Shown one piece after another: positions 48,017-57,165 of a stretch of 57,165 nt of DNA. Positions within the stretch are counted from its first letter, which is position 1. The number at the start of each line of letters is the position of its first letter. Position numbers and translations under genes: made by a program. The notes beneath the pieces are model-generated. The model made no database searches. It worked only from the letters and a program-made list of their open reading frames with translations, and was not told the origin of the DNA. Origin of the DNA: a virus (lineage: Duplodnaviria; Caudoviricetes); the IMG/VR virus record IMGVR_UViG_3300025115_000012, positions 1 through 57,165 of that record; one strand, 5' to 3'.

Positions 48017-48895
48017 ATGAATATTACTAATCATTATGGATTACCCAGAGCAATAGTTGATGCTGTTAAGAATTATTTTGACAACAGTTACGATTATGTC
48101 CCAATTGAAAATAGTATAAGCGTGACAACCCTGTTAAAACCGCCAATGATCCGCCACCTTTCGGACTTGTATAAAGACCGTTTGGGAATAGATGCTATAG
48201 CGGCTATGGATTTAATGCGGGGGAGTTCATTGCATAATATTATGGAATTAGCAGGAAGTTCCTATATTAAAGAATTAAGAGTGGAAAGGCTGGTAACCCT
48301 TGATACTGGAGCTACCTTCTTTGTTAGTGGAAAACACGATTTGTACGATCCGGTAACAAAAGAACTTATTGATTACAAAGATACGTCAGTTTATAAATTC
48401 ATTTTCGAACCTAATGGAGATCCACAATATGTTTGGCAATTAAACATATTGAAATGGCTTCTTAGCAGTTATGGATTAGAAGTAAAGAGTGCGAAGCTTG
48501 TTTATTTCTTGAAGGATTGGCAAAAGAATCAGTATCTTCGGAAACCGAGTGACTACCCTTCACAAAAAGTGCAAGTGATTAATGCTCCATTATTAGATAA
48601 TGATGTAATTGAACTATATGTCCAAAACCGGTTAGAAAAACACTTTGAAAGCGAGTTGCAAGTATGCACACCAGCGGAAAGGTGGAGAGAAGAAGATAAG
48701 TGGGCAGTAATGGGGAAAACAGGCACACGTGCAGTGAATGGAGGAATATGTAAATCGAAGGAAGAAGCAGAAGATTTGGCGAGTAAAGTAGCAAACAGTG
48801 GGATAGAATTCCGTCCCGGATCTGACAAAAGATGTTTAAATTACTGCCTTGTAAGGCAATATTGCGAATATGGCAAAACTCTGGAGGTTGAATGA
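48017..48895 (+). CDS. RecB/Cas4-like PD-(D/E)xK exonuclease
   Basis: SVTTL, G...H, GKHD...IDYK, WQLN and C-terminal RCLNYCLVRQYC. Confidence 0.85.
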   Translation: MNITNHYGLPRAIVDAVKNYFDNSYDYVPIENSISVTTLLKPPMIRHLSDLYKDRLGIDAIAAMDLMRGSSLHNIMELAGSSYIKELRVERLVTLDTGATFFVSGKHDLYDPVTKELIDYKDTSVYKFIFEPNGDPQYVWQLNILKWLLSSYGLEVKSAKLVYFLKDWQKNQYLRKPSDYPSQKVQVINAPLLDNDVIELYVQNRLEKHFESELQVCTPAERWREEDKWAVMGKTGTRAVNGGICKSKEEAEDLASKVANSGIEFRPGSDKRCLNYCLVRQYCEYGKTLEVE

Positions 48896-49170
48896 CAGGG
48901 ATTGAATTTATCCGTCATTTAAAGAAAAGAATTAAGATAGAAACGAATATGAACGATTATGAGCTTTTATCGTTAATGTTTGGAAAAGGAACAGGACATT
49001 ATGTTGCAATGAATGAAATTGACGAAGACCTAGTAACATTTATGAATGGGTTGGACGAGATAATAAACGAATTAGAACGAAAAATGTTATATGCTGAATT
49101 TGTCCATAAGTTATTAGCAAATGGTTACGAGTATGTACTATTGATTATGAAAGGTCATCGTGTAAATTAA
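48892..49170 (+). CDS. Hypothetical protein
   Basis: GGAGG SD, ATGA coupling. Confidence 0.7.
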   Translation: MTGIEFIRHLKKRIKIETNMNDYELLSLMFGKGTGHYVAMNEIDEDLVTFMNGLDEIINELERKMLYAEFVHKLLANGYEYVLLIMKGHRVN

Positions 49171-49238
49171 TTTAGAAGTTTGAGATTTTTGTTGTAAATT
49201 GCATTTGCAAATGTCCTTTTACAACATTTTCAGAATTG

Positions 49239-49285
49239 GAGGCATCATTTAATTTTTCTGTCATGGGTGCCTCTTTTTTTTTTTT
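49239..49285 (+). terminator. Intrinsic terminator ending the early/replication operon
   Basis: GAGGCATC...GGTGCCTC stem followed by T12. Confidence 0.7.
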
Positions 49286-49337
49286 ATCACAAGGACTGTT
49301 TTTTTTTAAAATATATTTTTTTTATTGAATAATTAGT

Positions 49338-49345
49338 TATATTTG
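49338..49345 (+). promoter_or_regulatory. TAnnTTTG -7 box upstream of portal
   Basis: TATATTTG ending 30 nt before the portal ATG and downstream of a terminator. Confidence 0.5.
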
Positions 49346-49374
49346 TATTGTGATATAGCGGAGACAATGCAAAT

Positions 49375-51597
49375 ATGATTCCAGAGAAGATAAAGCGGTT
49401 TAATAAATGGTACCAAAAAGCACATGCGGCTAGGACATCCGTATTTGACGAAAGGAAGAATCATGAAGAGTTCTACTACAATGACGTAGAAGCCACTAAG
49501 TCCCAATTCACAAAAAATCAAAAGGCCACGATAGACGCTACTTACAACATCCCAATAAGCACTAAACTTACTTATGCTATAATTGAACAACTTATTTCTT
49601 TCATTACAGGCACTAAACCTTATCCTCATATTATTGCTCCTACTGATGCACAAAGTGACTTTGCTGTTTTATTCGCACAGGCTTATCAAGGTTGTTGGTA
49701 TGAGAGCAAGGGTGATCGGGAATTGAAATTAGCTATAAAGGATGCATTTGTAGCAGGGAGTGGTTTTATTCGGGTAAGACGGAGTAACTTCTTTAATGAA
49801 AGCACTTTTAACTGTGTAATTGAGCATGTACCTTGGTCATGGTTAGTTATTGATCCTGATTCGAAAAAAGAAGATTTTAGTGATGCCGAGTATATTTTCA
49901 TATCCCGCAGTATGTTAGTTTCTCAAGCGGAAAAGACCTATGATATTGATATTAAACAAGATCTATACGAAGGCAATACAGGAAATGTTATAACAGATGA
50001 CGAGAACTACGCTGATTTTTATGAAACTGATGGCAGGTCAAGAGATCAAAAGTATGTAACTATTAGAGAATTATACTACAAAGATGAAGTTAATCTTTAT
50101 ATTTCCGACGAAGGTGATATCTCATTAAAGAAACCAAAAATCGTTCAAATTCCTAACCGAATGAAAGAGGAACTAAGAGCCAAAATAGAAGAAGCTCTTT
50201 CCGAACTTCAAAGCATGGAACAAGAAGGTATGGATATGGGTCAAGGAATGATTGAAACAGACGGCATGGAAGACCAATTAGTTGACGCAGAGACCTTTGG
50301 ACAGAAAACTCAAGCAGGGAAGGTAGTCGGGCAAGGAGTGAATGAATTAGCAAGTACTTCAGCAGACCTAGCAAATGAAATAGAAAAAATGAGAATAGAA
50401 TATTATCAAATGCCTGATATGGTCAGAGGGTTCCAGATGGAGATTGAAGACAGGACATTAGATAAGGATTTGCCTGCAAGAGAACGCAAGGAAATTAAGG
50501 AAGTAGAGAATGTGACCAAGGTAGTAAAGAAGAGAATAAGGTATTCTTTATTAGTTGGTAATAATGAAATAGAAAGCGATGTACTCGAAACTGATAAGTA
50601 TCCTATCCATCATATTTGCTTCCAGCACAATTTGTCACCTAACAAGACTTATGGGACAGTCCACTATGTAAAAGACTTCGTTAAGGCTCAAAATAAATTT
50701 TGGTCAATGCTTATATACGACATGCAGGTCAATAATAACAGAAGAGTATTATACGCAAGAGGGACAATAGCGGATAAGGCTCAAGTAGAAAAACATTGGA
50801 GATTGCCAAATGCATGGATAGAGTATATTCCTAATCCAGGATTACCAAATGCGGGACAACCGGTTGTACAAGAACCGTCGCCGTTAAGTCAGGCTACTGT
50901 TTATGTAATTGATGCTATGAAAAACCTGGTCGAGTACGTAACCGGTATATTTGGAGTGATGCAGGGCGATAATAGCCAAGCTCCCTCTACTGCTACGGGA
51001 ACAACAAGTTTGCAAAATTTTGGTTCGCAACGTCCTAAATTGTATGCACGTTCTCTTGAGTACTCATTACAAGATTTAGCATATTCAACAGTTAAGTTTT
51101 TGCAAATGTATGCTCCCAGGGATAAGACTTTGATGTACTTCGATATGGACGGCGATGAACAGGAATTAGAAATACTTAGTGATGTAGAAGATACCCAATT
51201 TAAAGTAAGAGTAGAAATAAGCAATTCCTTGCCTACTCATAGAGCCATGTATGCTCAATTACTTGGAGTGGTTGCAGGACAAACTAAAAATCCATACGTT
51301 GCTGACCATTTAACAAAAACGTTTTTGAAAATGCTCGATATGCCTGAATCCAGACAGTTAGCAGAAGATATTGATATGATTAAGCAGATGGAGCAACAGT
51401 TACAGCAAGCTCAACAAGCTTTAGATGCAGAACAGAAAAAGAATAAGTCATTAGAAAACAATCTGTATCAAAAGGGACTTAGTAACAAGGTTGATGTGGA
51501 TGCAGCTAATGCGAAAAAAGATGTTGCAGTAGAAAAGCAAAAAGCAATTGATGCTATTGCACCTGAAGAAGATAATAGTTCAAGTATGATGTTTTAA
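49375..51597 (+). CDS. Portal protein (P22-like)
   Basis: EFYY...Q, DAFVAGSGF, VIDP.S...DFSDAEY, YG.V...KD...AQN, VTGI...MQG motifs and a coiled-coil C-terminus. Confidence 0.9.
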   Translation: MIPEKIKRFNKWYQKAHAARTSVFDERKNHEEFYYNDVEATKSQFTKNQKATIDATYNIPISTKLTYAIIEQLISFITGTKPYPHIIAPTDAQSDFAVLFAQAYQGCWYESKGDRELKLAIKDAFVAGSGFIRVRRSNFFNESTFNCVIEHVPWSWLVIDPDSKKEDFSDAEYIFISRSMLVSQAEKTYDIDIKQDLYEGNTGNVITDDENYADFYETDGRSRDQKYVTIRELYYKDEVNLYISDEGDISLKKPKIVQIPNRMKEELRAKIEEALSELQSMEQEGMDMGQGMIETDGMEDQLVDAETFGQKTQAGKVVGQGVNELASTSADLANEIEKMRIEYYQMPDMVRGFQMEIEDRTLDKDLPARERKEIKEVENVTKVVKKRIRYSLLVGNNEIESDVLETDKYPIHHICFQHNLSPNKTYGTVHYVKDFVKAQNKFWSMLIYDMQVNNNRRVLYARGTIADKAQVEKHWRLPNAWIEYIPNPGLPNAGQPVVQEPSPLSQATVYVIDAMKNLVEYVTGIFGVMQGDNSQAPSTATGTTSLQNFGSQRPKLYARSLEYSLQDLAYSTVKFLQMYAPRDKTLMYFDMDGDEQELEILSDVEDTQFKVRVEISNSLPTHRAMYAQLLGVVAGQTKNPYVADHLTKTFLKMLDMPESRQLAEDIDMIKQMEQQLQQAQQALDAEQKKNKSLENNLYQKGLSNKVDVDAANAKKDVAVEKQKAIDAIAPEEDNSSSMMF

Positions 51598-51612
51598 TAA
51601 AAAGGAAAACTA

Positions 51613-52791
51613 ATGCCAGCCGAATACGAAGATACCGGTTATACAGATCAATATGATTATGTTGATGATATTTATGATGATGAAGATAGTCATTATAACG
51701 ACATAGAACTAGAACAGGAAGAGATTATTAACAATGATGAGGATGATAAAGATTATGGGGAGGTTCCATATACCGACGGATATGACGATGAAGATGGATA
51801 CGATGACCTGGAAGGACAGGAAAGAGAAAAGGGAGAGGACGAAGAAGGAGAAACGGATGATGAAGCTTATGAAGAAACACCATCAGGAGAAGATGGATTA
51901 GATGGAGATGATTCAGGAGAGAATTCTTTTGAAGACATACCTGCTTATTTCCCTGAAGACTTGTTACCGGATACCTATGAATTTAAAGACGAGAAGGAGG
52001 AGTTGGATTTTTACCGGACTACCTTTCCGGAAGTGCTTAAATTCTACAAAGAGGGAGGATTTAGTCAAGCTTTTATTGACAACTACGAGAATGAGTTAAT
52101 CAGCAAAGAAAAGGACGTTGATGAATTACTCGCAATCCGCAAGGCGGTAAAAGGCGAAGATGGCGAATTGATGATGAAAACACTTTTTCCTGAAATTGCA
52201 TTACAATATGGTATTGCTCCACGATTAAGTGAAGAAGAGATGACGAGATATGTTGAGAAACACATGACAGACACATTTGGAGAGAATTACCGCCGTTATT
52301 TTGATAAAGATGATATATTGGATCCCAAATCTATGAGTTCACGGATGCTGCTTGAACAGCAAAGGTTTATAGAGCAAGTGAACAGGCACAACCAGATTAA
52401 TTGGGAAGAGCGATTAGCAATGAGAACACAACCTACAACCCCGCAGGTCGAGCCTGAAAGATTAGAGAAGGAAGTTGGAAGGCAATTTAACGAATATTTT
52501 GCCAAAGCCGATTATACGGAAAATGAGTACAAGGAATTTTTAGATGAGCTTAGCAATTTTAGGTACGACTTACAAGATATGCATAGGGCTCTTTACTTTG
52601 ATGAATACGTTTCAGATGCCTACCAAAAGGGGCTAGATGCAGGTCGTAAGGCTTACGCCAAAGAACTTGCCAGAACGAATGGTATTCCACTCACGCACCA
52701 ACAGAGACAAAGCAGGACAGAAAACGATGAAGAAGAAAACCCTTATTTTTCTTCGGATGCTATTATAGCACGAGGCGGAATAAGTTATTAA
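51613..52791 (+). CDS. Putative scaffolding protein
   Basis: Very acidic N-terminus and helical remainder; located between portal and capsid. Confidence 0.65.
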   Translation: MPAEYEDTGYTDQYDYVDDIYDDEDSHYNDIELEQEEIINNDEDDKDYGEVPYTDGYDDEDGYDDLEGQEREKGEDEEGETDDEAYEETPSGEDGLDGDDSGENSFEDIPAYFPEDLLPDTYEFKDEKEELDFYRTTFPEVLKFYKEGGFSQAFIDNYENELISKEKDVDELLAIRKAVKGEDGELMMKTLFPEIALQYGIAPRLSEEEMTRYVEKHMTDTFGENYRRYFDKDDILDPKSMSSRMLLEQQRFIEQVNRHNQINWEERLAMRTQPTTPQVEPERLEKEVGRQFNEYFAKADYTENEYKEFLDELSNFRYDLQDMHRALYFDEYVSDAYQKGLDAGRKAYAKELARTNGIPLTHQQRQSRTENDEEENPYFSSDAIIARGGISY

Positions 52792-52815
52792 GCAACATAT
52801 TTATAGGAGGAAACC

Positions 52816-54303
52816 ATGGCAGTAACCCCGAATGTCGCAAGGGAAGGCGGAAATATAGCTGGACTATTTACTAGTCACCAAATCCCTGAAAGACTATTAA
52901 AAAGAGGTATTACCAATTTAGGCAAGATGGCGTTCATTACTAGAGCAATGAACAGTTATAGCTCGGTTTTGCACACAAGATTCCCGGCAGGGAAGAATGT
53001 TAACACAAGAGAGCACAAAGTATATGAATTAACAGAGCTGGATCGCACTTTTACATGCGTTGTAGCATCTGCAGATCCAGGAGCACCGGCTAATGCACAC
53101 GATACATTTGGTTTGACAAATGCTCAAGCGGCACAGTTAGTTCCTAATGATATCCTATATCGAATTAATGGGTTTGCTTTTGTCCAAGGACAACCCATGC
53201 GTGGCGGTCAGTTACTCGACACGATTCCACCGGCTTTACCGGCAAACTCACCTAATCCTATGGATTATACAATGGGCAATGACCCAACTATTGTCAATTT
53301 CGGAAATACCTTTGGAATTGACGCACAAGGTATACCTTATGTGGATTACGAACAAATGCTAATTACAACCATTGGTGCTCCCAATTCAGCAGGATTTGGT
53401 AATACAAATGTTACTGTAATGCGATGCTTTAAAGGTCCTGGAGCGACTGACTTTGGTGGAAGGATGGTACCTATCAATTTGATCAATGCAGGTATTCGTG
53501 CTAATCCGGCAGTAGCAGGGATTCAGGTAGGTGATATATTGTTACGTGGTGGTTCCGCATGGCGTGAAGGTACCAATGCACCAACAGGTTTGACCAAGAA
53601 CCCTGTCATTGATAACAACTTCACTCAAGAATTCAAATGGGCAGTAGAAATGACCACTGAAAGCGAAATCGAAGAACTTTGGAGTGACAAGAAACCGTTG
53701 GATATTAGCAGAATGTTGCTGAGAAAAAGAATGGTTATGGATGTAGAAAGAAAATATTTGTTCGGTCAGAAAGGTAAAAGCGTTGATAGTCAGGGTAGGG
53801 TACTTTACACAATGGGCGGAGTGGTCGAGTTTATTCCAAAAGATCCTGCTCATATATTGACTAACCCTGGTAATTTAAGTTATCAGTCATTACTCAATTT
53901 GGGACCGGCGATATTTGGATTAGGCGGTAGTTCTGAAAGAGACGTATGGGTAGGTTATACTCTTCATGCACGGCTCAAGCAAGCATTTTACAATTCCGGA
54001 TTCATGAGAACTAACCCGGAGATGTCAAGGCACTTCCGATTACATGTCGACACGATTGAAACTACAGGTGGTATCTTGAATATAATTCCTTCATTCGCAA
54101 TGGAAGAAGCTGGTTGGTCAACGAGGGCGATTTGTCTTGATCCAGGTTATCCTTCTTTTGTACCGGTAACTCATTCAGGTTGGGATATGAAAGTAGAAAA
54201 GAACATTCAAGAACCAGGAGCCCAGATCTATAAAGAGCAAGTTGTTGGCATCAAAGGCTTGGAAAGACGTTATTCTCAATATCACTGTTTACTTCAATTT
54301 TAA
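52816..54303 (+). CDS. Major capsid protein (HK97 fold, DUF5309-like)
   Basis: AGGAGG SD; EG...P......N.TQ.F, D.E...LFG......G.....GG, ..T..G.L.II motifs. Confidence 0.85.
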   Translation: MAVTPNVAREGGNIAGLFTSHQIPERLLKRGITNLGKMAFITRAMNSYSSVLHTRFPAGKNVNTREHKVYELTELDRTFTCVVASADPGAPANAHDTFGLTNAQAAQLVPNDILYRINGFAFVQGQPMRGGQLLDTIPPALPANSPNPMDYTMGNDPTIVNFGNTFGIDAQGIPYVDYEQMLITTIGAPNSAGFGNTNVTVMRCFKGPGATDFGGRMVPINLINAGIRANPAVAGIQVGDILLRGGSAWREGTNAPTGLTKNPVIDNNFTQEFKWAVEMTTESEIEELWSDKKPLDISRMLLRKRMVMDVERKYLFGQKGKSVDSQGRVLYTMGGVVEFIPKDPAHILTNPGNLSYQSLLNLGPAIFGLGGSSERDVWVGYTLHARLKQAFYNSGFMRTNPEMSRHFRLHVDTIETTGGILNIIPSFAMEEAGWSTRAICLDPGYPSFVPVTHSGWDMKVEKNIQEPGAQIYKEQVVGIKGLERRYSQYHCLLQF

Positions 54304-54315
54304 TTAGGAGAAAAA

Positions 54316-54846
54316 ATGAGAAAAATAATTTTAATTTTGGCTTTAATATCCTTTGTTTATACAGGTTTCGCCCAGATACCTGCATACAGGGGAGATTTGA
54401 ACAAACTGATTGATGTAAGTAATCAAGTGGTAGGCGATGGGAATAAGACGTTAAACACAAGTAGGGATACCGTTTACTATGTAAGCGAGATATTCCATAC
54501 CCAATTTTGCGATTCATTGTTTTTTAATTGGGAATACGCTTCGCAGAAAACACTGATAGGGTTCCATAGCGATTCGCTTCAAGTTTATCTACGAATACAA
54601 TGGTACAGCCCGAACAATACGTCAAACACGCCATATTTACCTAAAAATGAAGCAAGTTTTGCAACACAAGATTCGGTACATTTTAAACCATTTACTACAT
54701 TAGGAAACATTGTTTATACTCGACAACCTTGGCAATACAACGCTAATAAGACGAAAGCACGCATATGGGTGAGAGTAGTAAACAATACGACTACGATACA
54801 AAGACTTAATTTGAAAGTTTGGTCAATCAAAAGATGGAATGATTAA
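54316..54846 (+). CDS. Signal-peptide-bearing beta-sandwich protein, paralog 1
   Basis: MRKIILILALISFVYTGFA|Q Sec-type signal; AGGAG SD. Confidence 0.75.
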   Translation: MRKIILILALISFVYTGFAQIPAYRGDLNKLIDVSNQVVGDGNKTLNTSRDTVYYVSEIFHTQFCDSLFFNWEYASQKTLIGFHSDSLQVYLRIQWYSPNNTSNTPYLPKNEASFATQDSVHFKPFTTLGNIVYTRQPWQYNANKTKARIWVRVVNNTTTIQRLNLKVWSIKRWND

Positions 54847-55262
54847 TGAAAGTATTATTAATATTTTTTATTAGCGTTGCCATCCTGATTGCCGCAACAC
54901 CGACAAGACAGACCTTGACTAGTTATTCGAAAACACTAGGAGCAGGAAGTTCCGACACTTCTAGTGTATCGAATATCTTAATGGACGGAGACAGTCTTGG
55001 TATAATCCTGGAAGTTAGTCAGGATAGCATTTCAGGACAGATCAGGTATGAATACACTTCACCTCAAGGTTATACCAATGGAACTGCTTTTGGTTCTCTT
55101 CCGGTATTAGCCACATTCAGCAGCAATGAAAAGGGTGTTTTTACTACTTCGATACCTATGATAGCAGGAGCGGAAAGGGTAAGGTTGTACATATTAACAA
55201 CTAATAACAAAACCGCTTTACAAGTAATTAATTTTTATGTTTATGCAATTAAATGGAGATAA
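54846..55262 (+). CDS. Signal-peptide-bearing beta-sandwich protein, paralog 2
   Basis: MKVLLIFFISVAILIAA; aligns with the preceding protein; TAATG coupling. Confidence 0.75.
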   Translation: MKVLLIFFISVAILIAATPTRQTLTSYSKTLGAGSSDTSSVSNILMDGDSLGIILEVSQDSISGQIRYEYTSPQGYTNGTAFGSLPVLATFSSNEKGVFTTSIPMIAGAERVRLYILTTNNKTALQVINFYVYAIKWR

Positions 55263-55633
55263 CAATGTTTGGACAAGTATTTAGAATAGTAAACTATGAA
55301 AGCCGTTGGGGCGAGGGTCCGAATGACAAATTGATGCTATTACGCACAGTCACTTTGGACGCTAATGGCCAGGCAGTAATTGACATGAGAGGTATTATTA
55401 AGCCAGATGCTATAGTTGATTTTTGGATCATGAGCAATACGGCAATAAATAATACTAATGCTCAAACCTTTGGTACCGCTGCTATCAATATTGACAGAGG
55501 CGGGATGGGTATTTCAATAACAGCAGTAGCCGCAGCAGCTCCGGTACCAGCGGTAGTGATACCAGCAGCTAATGCAAGAGTTACAGTTGCTATAATGTTT
55601 GATGCCCAATGGCTTGCAGAATCAGGTGATTAA
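55253..55633 (+). CDS. Putative capsid decoration/auxiliary protein
   Basis: 126 aa, beta-rich; in the head operon. Confidence 0.5.
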   Translation: MEITMFGQVFRIVNYESRWGEGPNDKLMLLRTVTLDANGQAVIDMRGIIKPDAIVDFWIMSNTAINNTNAQTFGTAAINIDRGGMGISITAVAAAAPVPAVVIPAANARVTVAIMFDAQWLAESGD

Positions 55634-56418
55634 TGCAAGTCTGGGAAGCACATAGAGCGTTAAGTTTGCAATTAGGCGATAGTGTTGGGTTAGAAAGATT
55701 AACTTCTGCACCCAACATTATCCCTGATGGTGTAAGAACGAGCACTGCTTTAAGGAATGCTTATTTGTACAGAGCAATGCTTCACCTTATGAATACCATG
55801 TTAAGAGATGTGGTATTAATGCCAAGACAGACAGCTACAGATATTATATATAAGCTTTATCCGAACATGATTGCAAGAGCTCATCTCACTGTACCATCGA
55901 TAAGGACACACACTTTTAGAGACGTAACTGCGGAATTTAGCCTTGATGACTTTGCAATCATGTACTTATTATCAGTCCAAGTGAATAAAAATGGTGGACA
56001 GGCTATATATCCTATCCCTATTAAGCATGCTTTGCAAAAGAATGGGTTAATGAATCCACGCAATGCCCAAAAATGTGATGCGTTTTGTACCTTGCACCAT
56101 GACGTAGTAGGTACAGGTTCAGATCCTACTAAGTATCGTTTGTACATGTACGATCCGAATAATACATTATGGGATACCCAACCTGTACCTACTACGTCAC
56201 ACATTTATATTATTTATTTACCCTATCCGACTGATCCGCAAACGCAAAATCCTGATGCGAATATTACTTTTGAAGAAAGTTATATGAGTTTGGTATTGCA
56301 ATATGCGACCTTGTTCGGCATGGGCGACAATCAAGATTTAAGTTCACCAGAACGGTTTTATCCAATTACTTTAAACAGCAATATAAGCGGAGGTCATAAT
56401 GCCGGTCCATCTAATTAA
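55633..56418 (+). CDS. Putative head-tail ring/adaptor protein
   Basis: L...LGD...R..YL.RA helical N-terminus and I.Y...P...E.....L.YA C-terminus typical of adaptor proteins. Confidence 0.6.
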   Translation: MQVWEAHRALSLQLGDSVGLERLTSAPNIIPDGVRTSTALRNAYLYRAMLHLMNTMLRDVVLMPRQTATDIIYKLYPNMIARAHLTVPSIRTHTFRDVTAEFSLDDFAIMYLLSVQVNKNGGQAIYPIPIKHALQKNGLMNPRNAQKCDAFCTLHHDVVGTGSDPTKYRLYMYDPNNTLWDTQPVPTTSHIYIIYLPYPTDPQTQNPDANITFEESYMSLVLQYATLFGMGDNQDLSSPERFYPITLNSNISGGHNAGPSN

Positions 56419-57165
56419 CAATTCATTTAATGGTTTGTCACCTTTAAGTTCGTTTTGGACGCATCAAACGATTGCATCTGAAGCAATGGTCTTGACAAAC
56501 ACCATAGATAATGAGAATATCCAATTGGATAACATCCGTCATCATATTAATAGTAATATCAGTTATTTAACTAGTTTATTAAATTTGGCAACATCACCTT
56601 GGTATGGTATATTTTTCCAATGCACATTAGAAAGCACTCTCCATCCAAGTGGATTAGAATTCATAGCTTTGGCATCTGGGAATTTATTATCGTTAGATAT
56701 TGCTTCAAGACTACATTCGATAAAAAGACTAAATGTAGTTCCTGAACGGAATGCTCCAAATGATGCTTTTGTCGGTAATTGTATCAAGCAAGATATTTCG
56801 CAATTAACAGAGTTAATGTCGCAAAAGAACACTCAATGGCGGCAATCAATTGCATGGTCGCATCATGGGAATGAGATATTGGTATTCACCGGTTCGGGAG
56901 TAGTCACTTCTTTATTTCCTGCAAGAAACACAAATAGAGCATTAACTTTGGAAGATACTCATTTTGTTGCATGGGGATTTAGAAATCCGATATTAGATAA
57001 TTTGGTTCCGGAAGGTATTCCCAATTTTGGTTCTTATAATGATCCGGCAAAGGGACTTTTGATTCAAAATTATTATTCATATGTTGATCTTCCTGATCAA
57101 TACGCAATGTTATTGATAAAGATGACGCAGAAGAACATTTTAGAGCAATTAAGAGAGCAGGTACC
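56399..57165 (+). CDS. 5' part of a putative ring/adaptor protein continuing into 1..484
   Basis: GGAGG SD then ATG 56399 (MPVHLINNSF...); open to the window end. Confidence 0.75.
   Translation, partial: MPVHLINNSFNGLSPLSSFWTHQTIASEAMVLTNTIDNENIQLDNIRHHINSNISYLTSLLNLATSPWYGIFFQCTLESTLHPSGLEFIALASGNLLSLDIASRLHSIKRLNVVPERNAPNDAFVGNCIKQDISQLTELMSQKNTQWRQSIAWSHHGNEILVFTGSGVVTSLFPARNTNRALTLEDTHFVAWGFRNPILDNLVPEGIPNFGSYNDPAKGLLIQNYYSYVDLPDQYAMLLIKMTQKNILEQLREQV
56818..57165 (+). repeat. Terminal direct repeat, right copy
   Basis: 343/348 identity to 1..348. Confidence 0.97.

Larger units (their letters stand above)
1..57165. mobile_element. Complete circularly permuted tailed-phage genome (podovirus-like, putative virion RNA polymerase)
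   Basis: TerL, portal, major capsid, tail/fibre, endolysin and helicase genes are present; the ends overlap by 348 nt inside a gene; no host genes or integrase seen. Confidence 0.95.

Noticed and set aside
48017-48895. Cas4-like gene as part of a CRISPR-Cas system
   Set aside because: No array or other cas genes; stand-alone RecB/Cas4-like nucleases are common in phage replication modules.
1-57165. Complete DGR (RT plus template and variable repeats)
   Set aside because: No ORF with reverse-transcriptase motifs and no separate non-coding template copy was seen; only the mutational pattern is reported.
1-57165. Stop-codon reassignment as in some crAss-like phages
   Set aside because: The standard code gives dense, intact genes, and TAA, TAG and TGA all end genes at coupled junctions.

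Overview
The window is an apparently complete, circularly permuted genome (~56.8 kb unit length; 1..348 recurs at 56818..57165 with 5 substitutions) of an AT-rich tailed phage with podovirus-like organisation. Reading round the circle: early/replication genes (39478-49170: Cys-repeat protein, clamp-like protein, Holliday-junction resolvase, SSB-like protein, DnaB-like helicase, RecB/Cas4-like nuclease), portal, scaffold, major capsid, two signal-peptide paralogs, ring/adaptor proteins, CHAP endolysin, nozzle-like protein, fibre cluster, ejection proteins, a giant 5262-aa ORF, holin-like gene and TerL. A short minus-strand island (TerS-like gene plus two ORFs) and a structured non-coding region follow. 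The giant ORF carries a two-barrel RNA polymerase signature (GGDYDGD), a HExxH zincin, an ART-PolyVal-like domain and NADAR/SLOG/macro-like domains. These domains are separated by a recurring L[DE]M[SA]x[ES]SL motif, and the ORF appears to be reached by a -1 shift at an A10 run in the upstream gene. TAnnTTTG promoter boxes and an A|Q signal peptide suggest a Bacteroidota/FCB-group host. I saw no DNA polymerase, primase, integrase, reverse transcriptase, tRNA or CRISPR array. All family calls come from motif recognition by eye; no searches were run.
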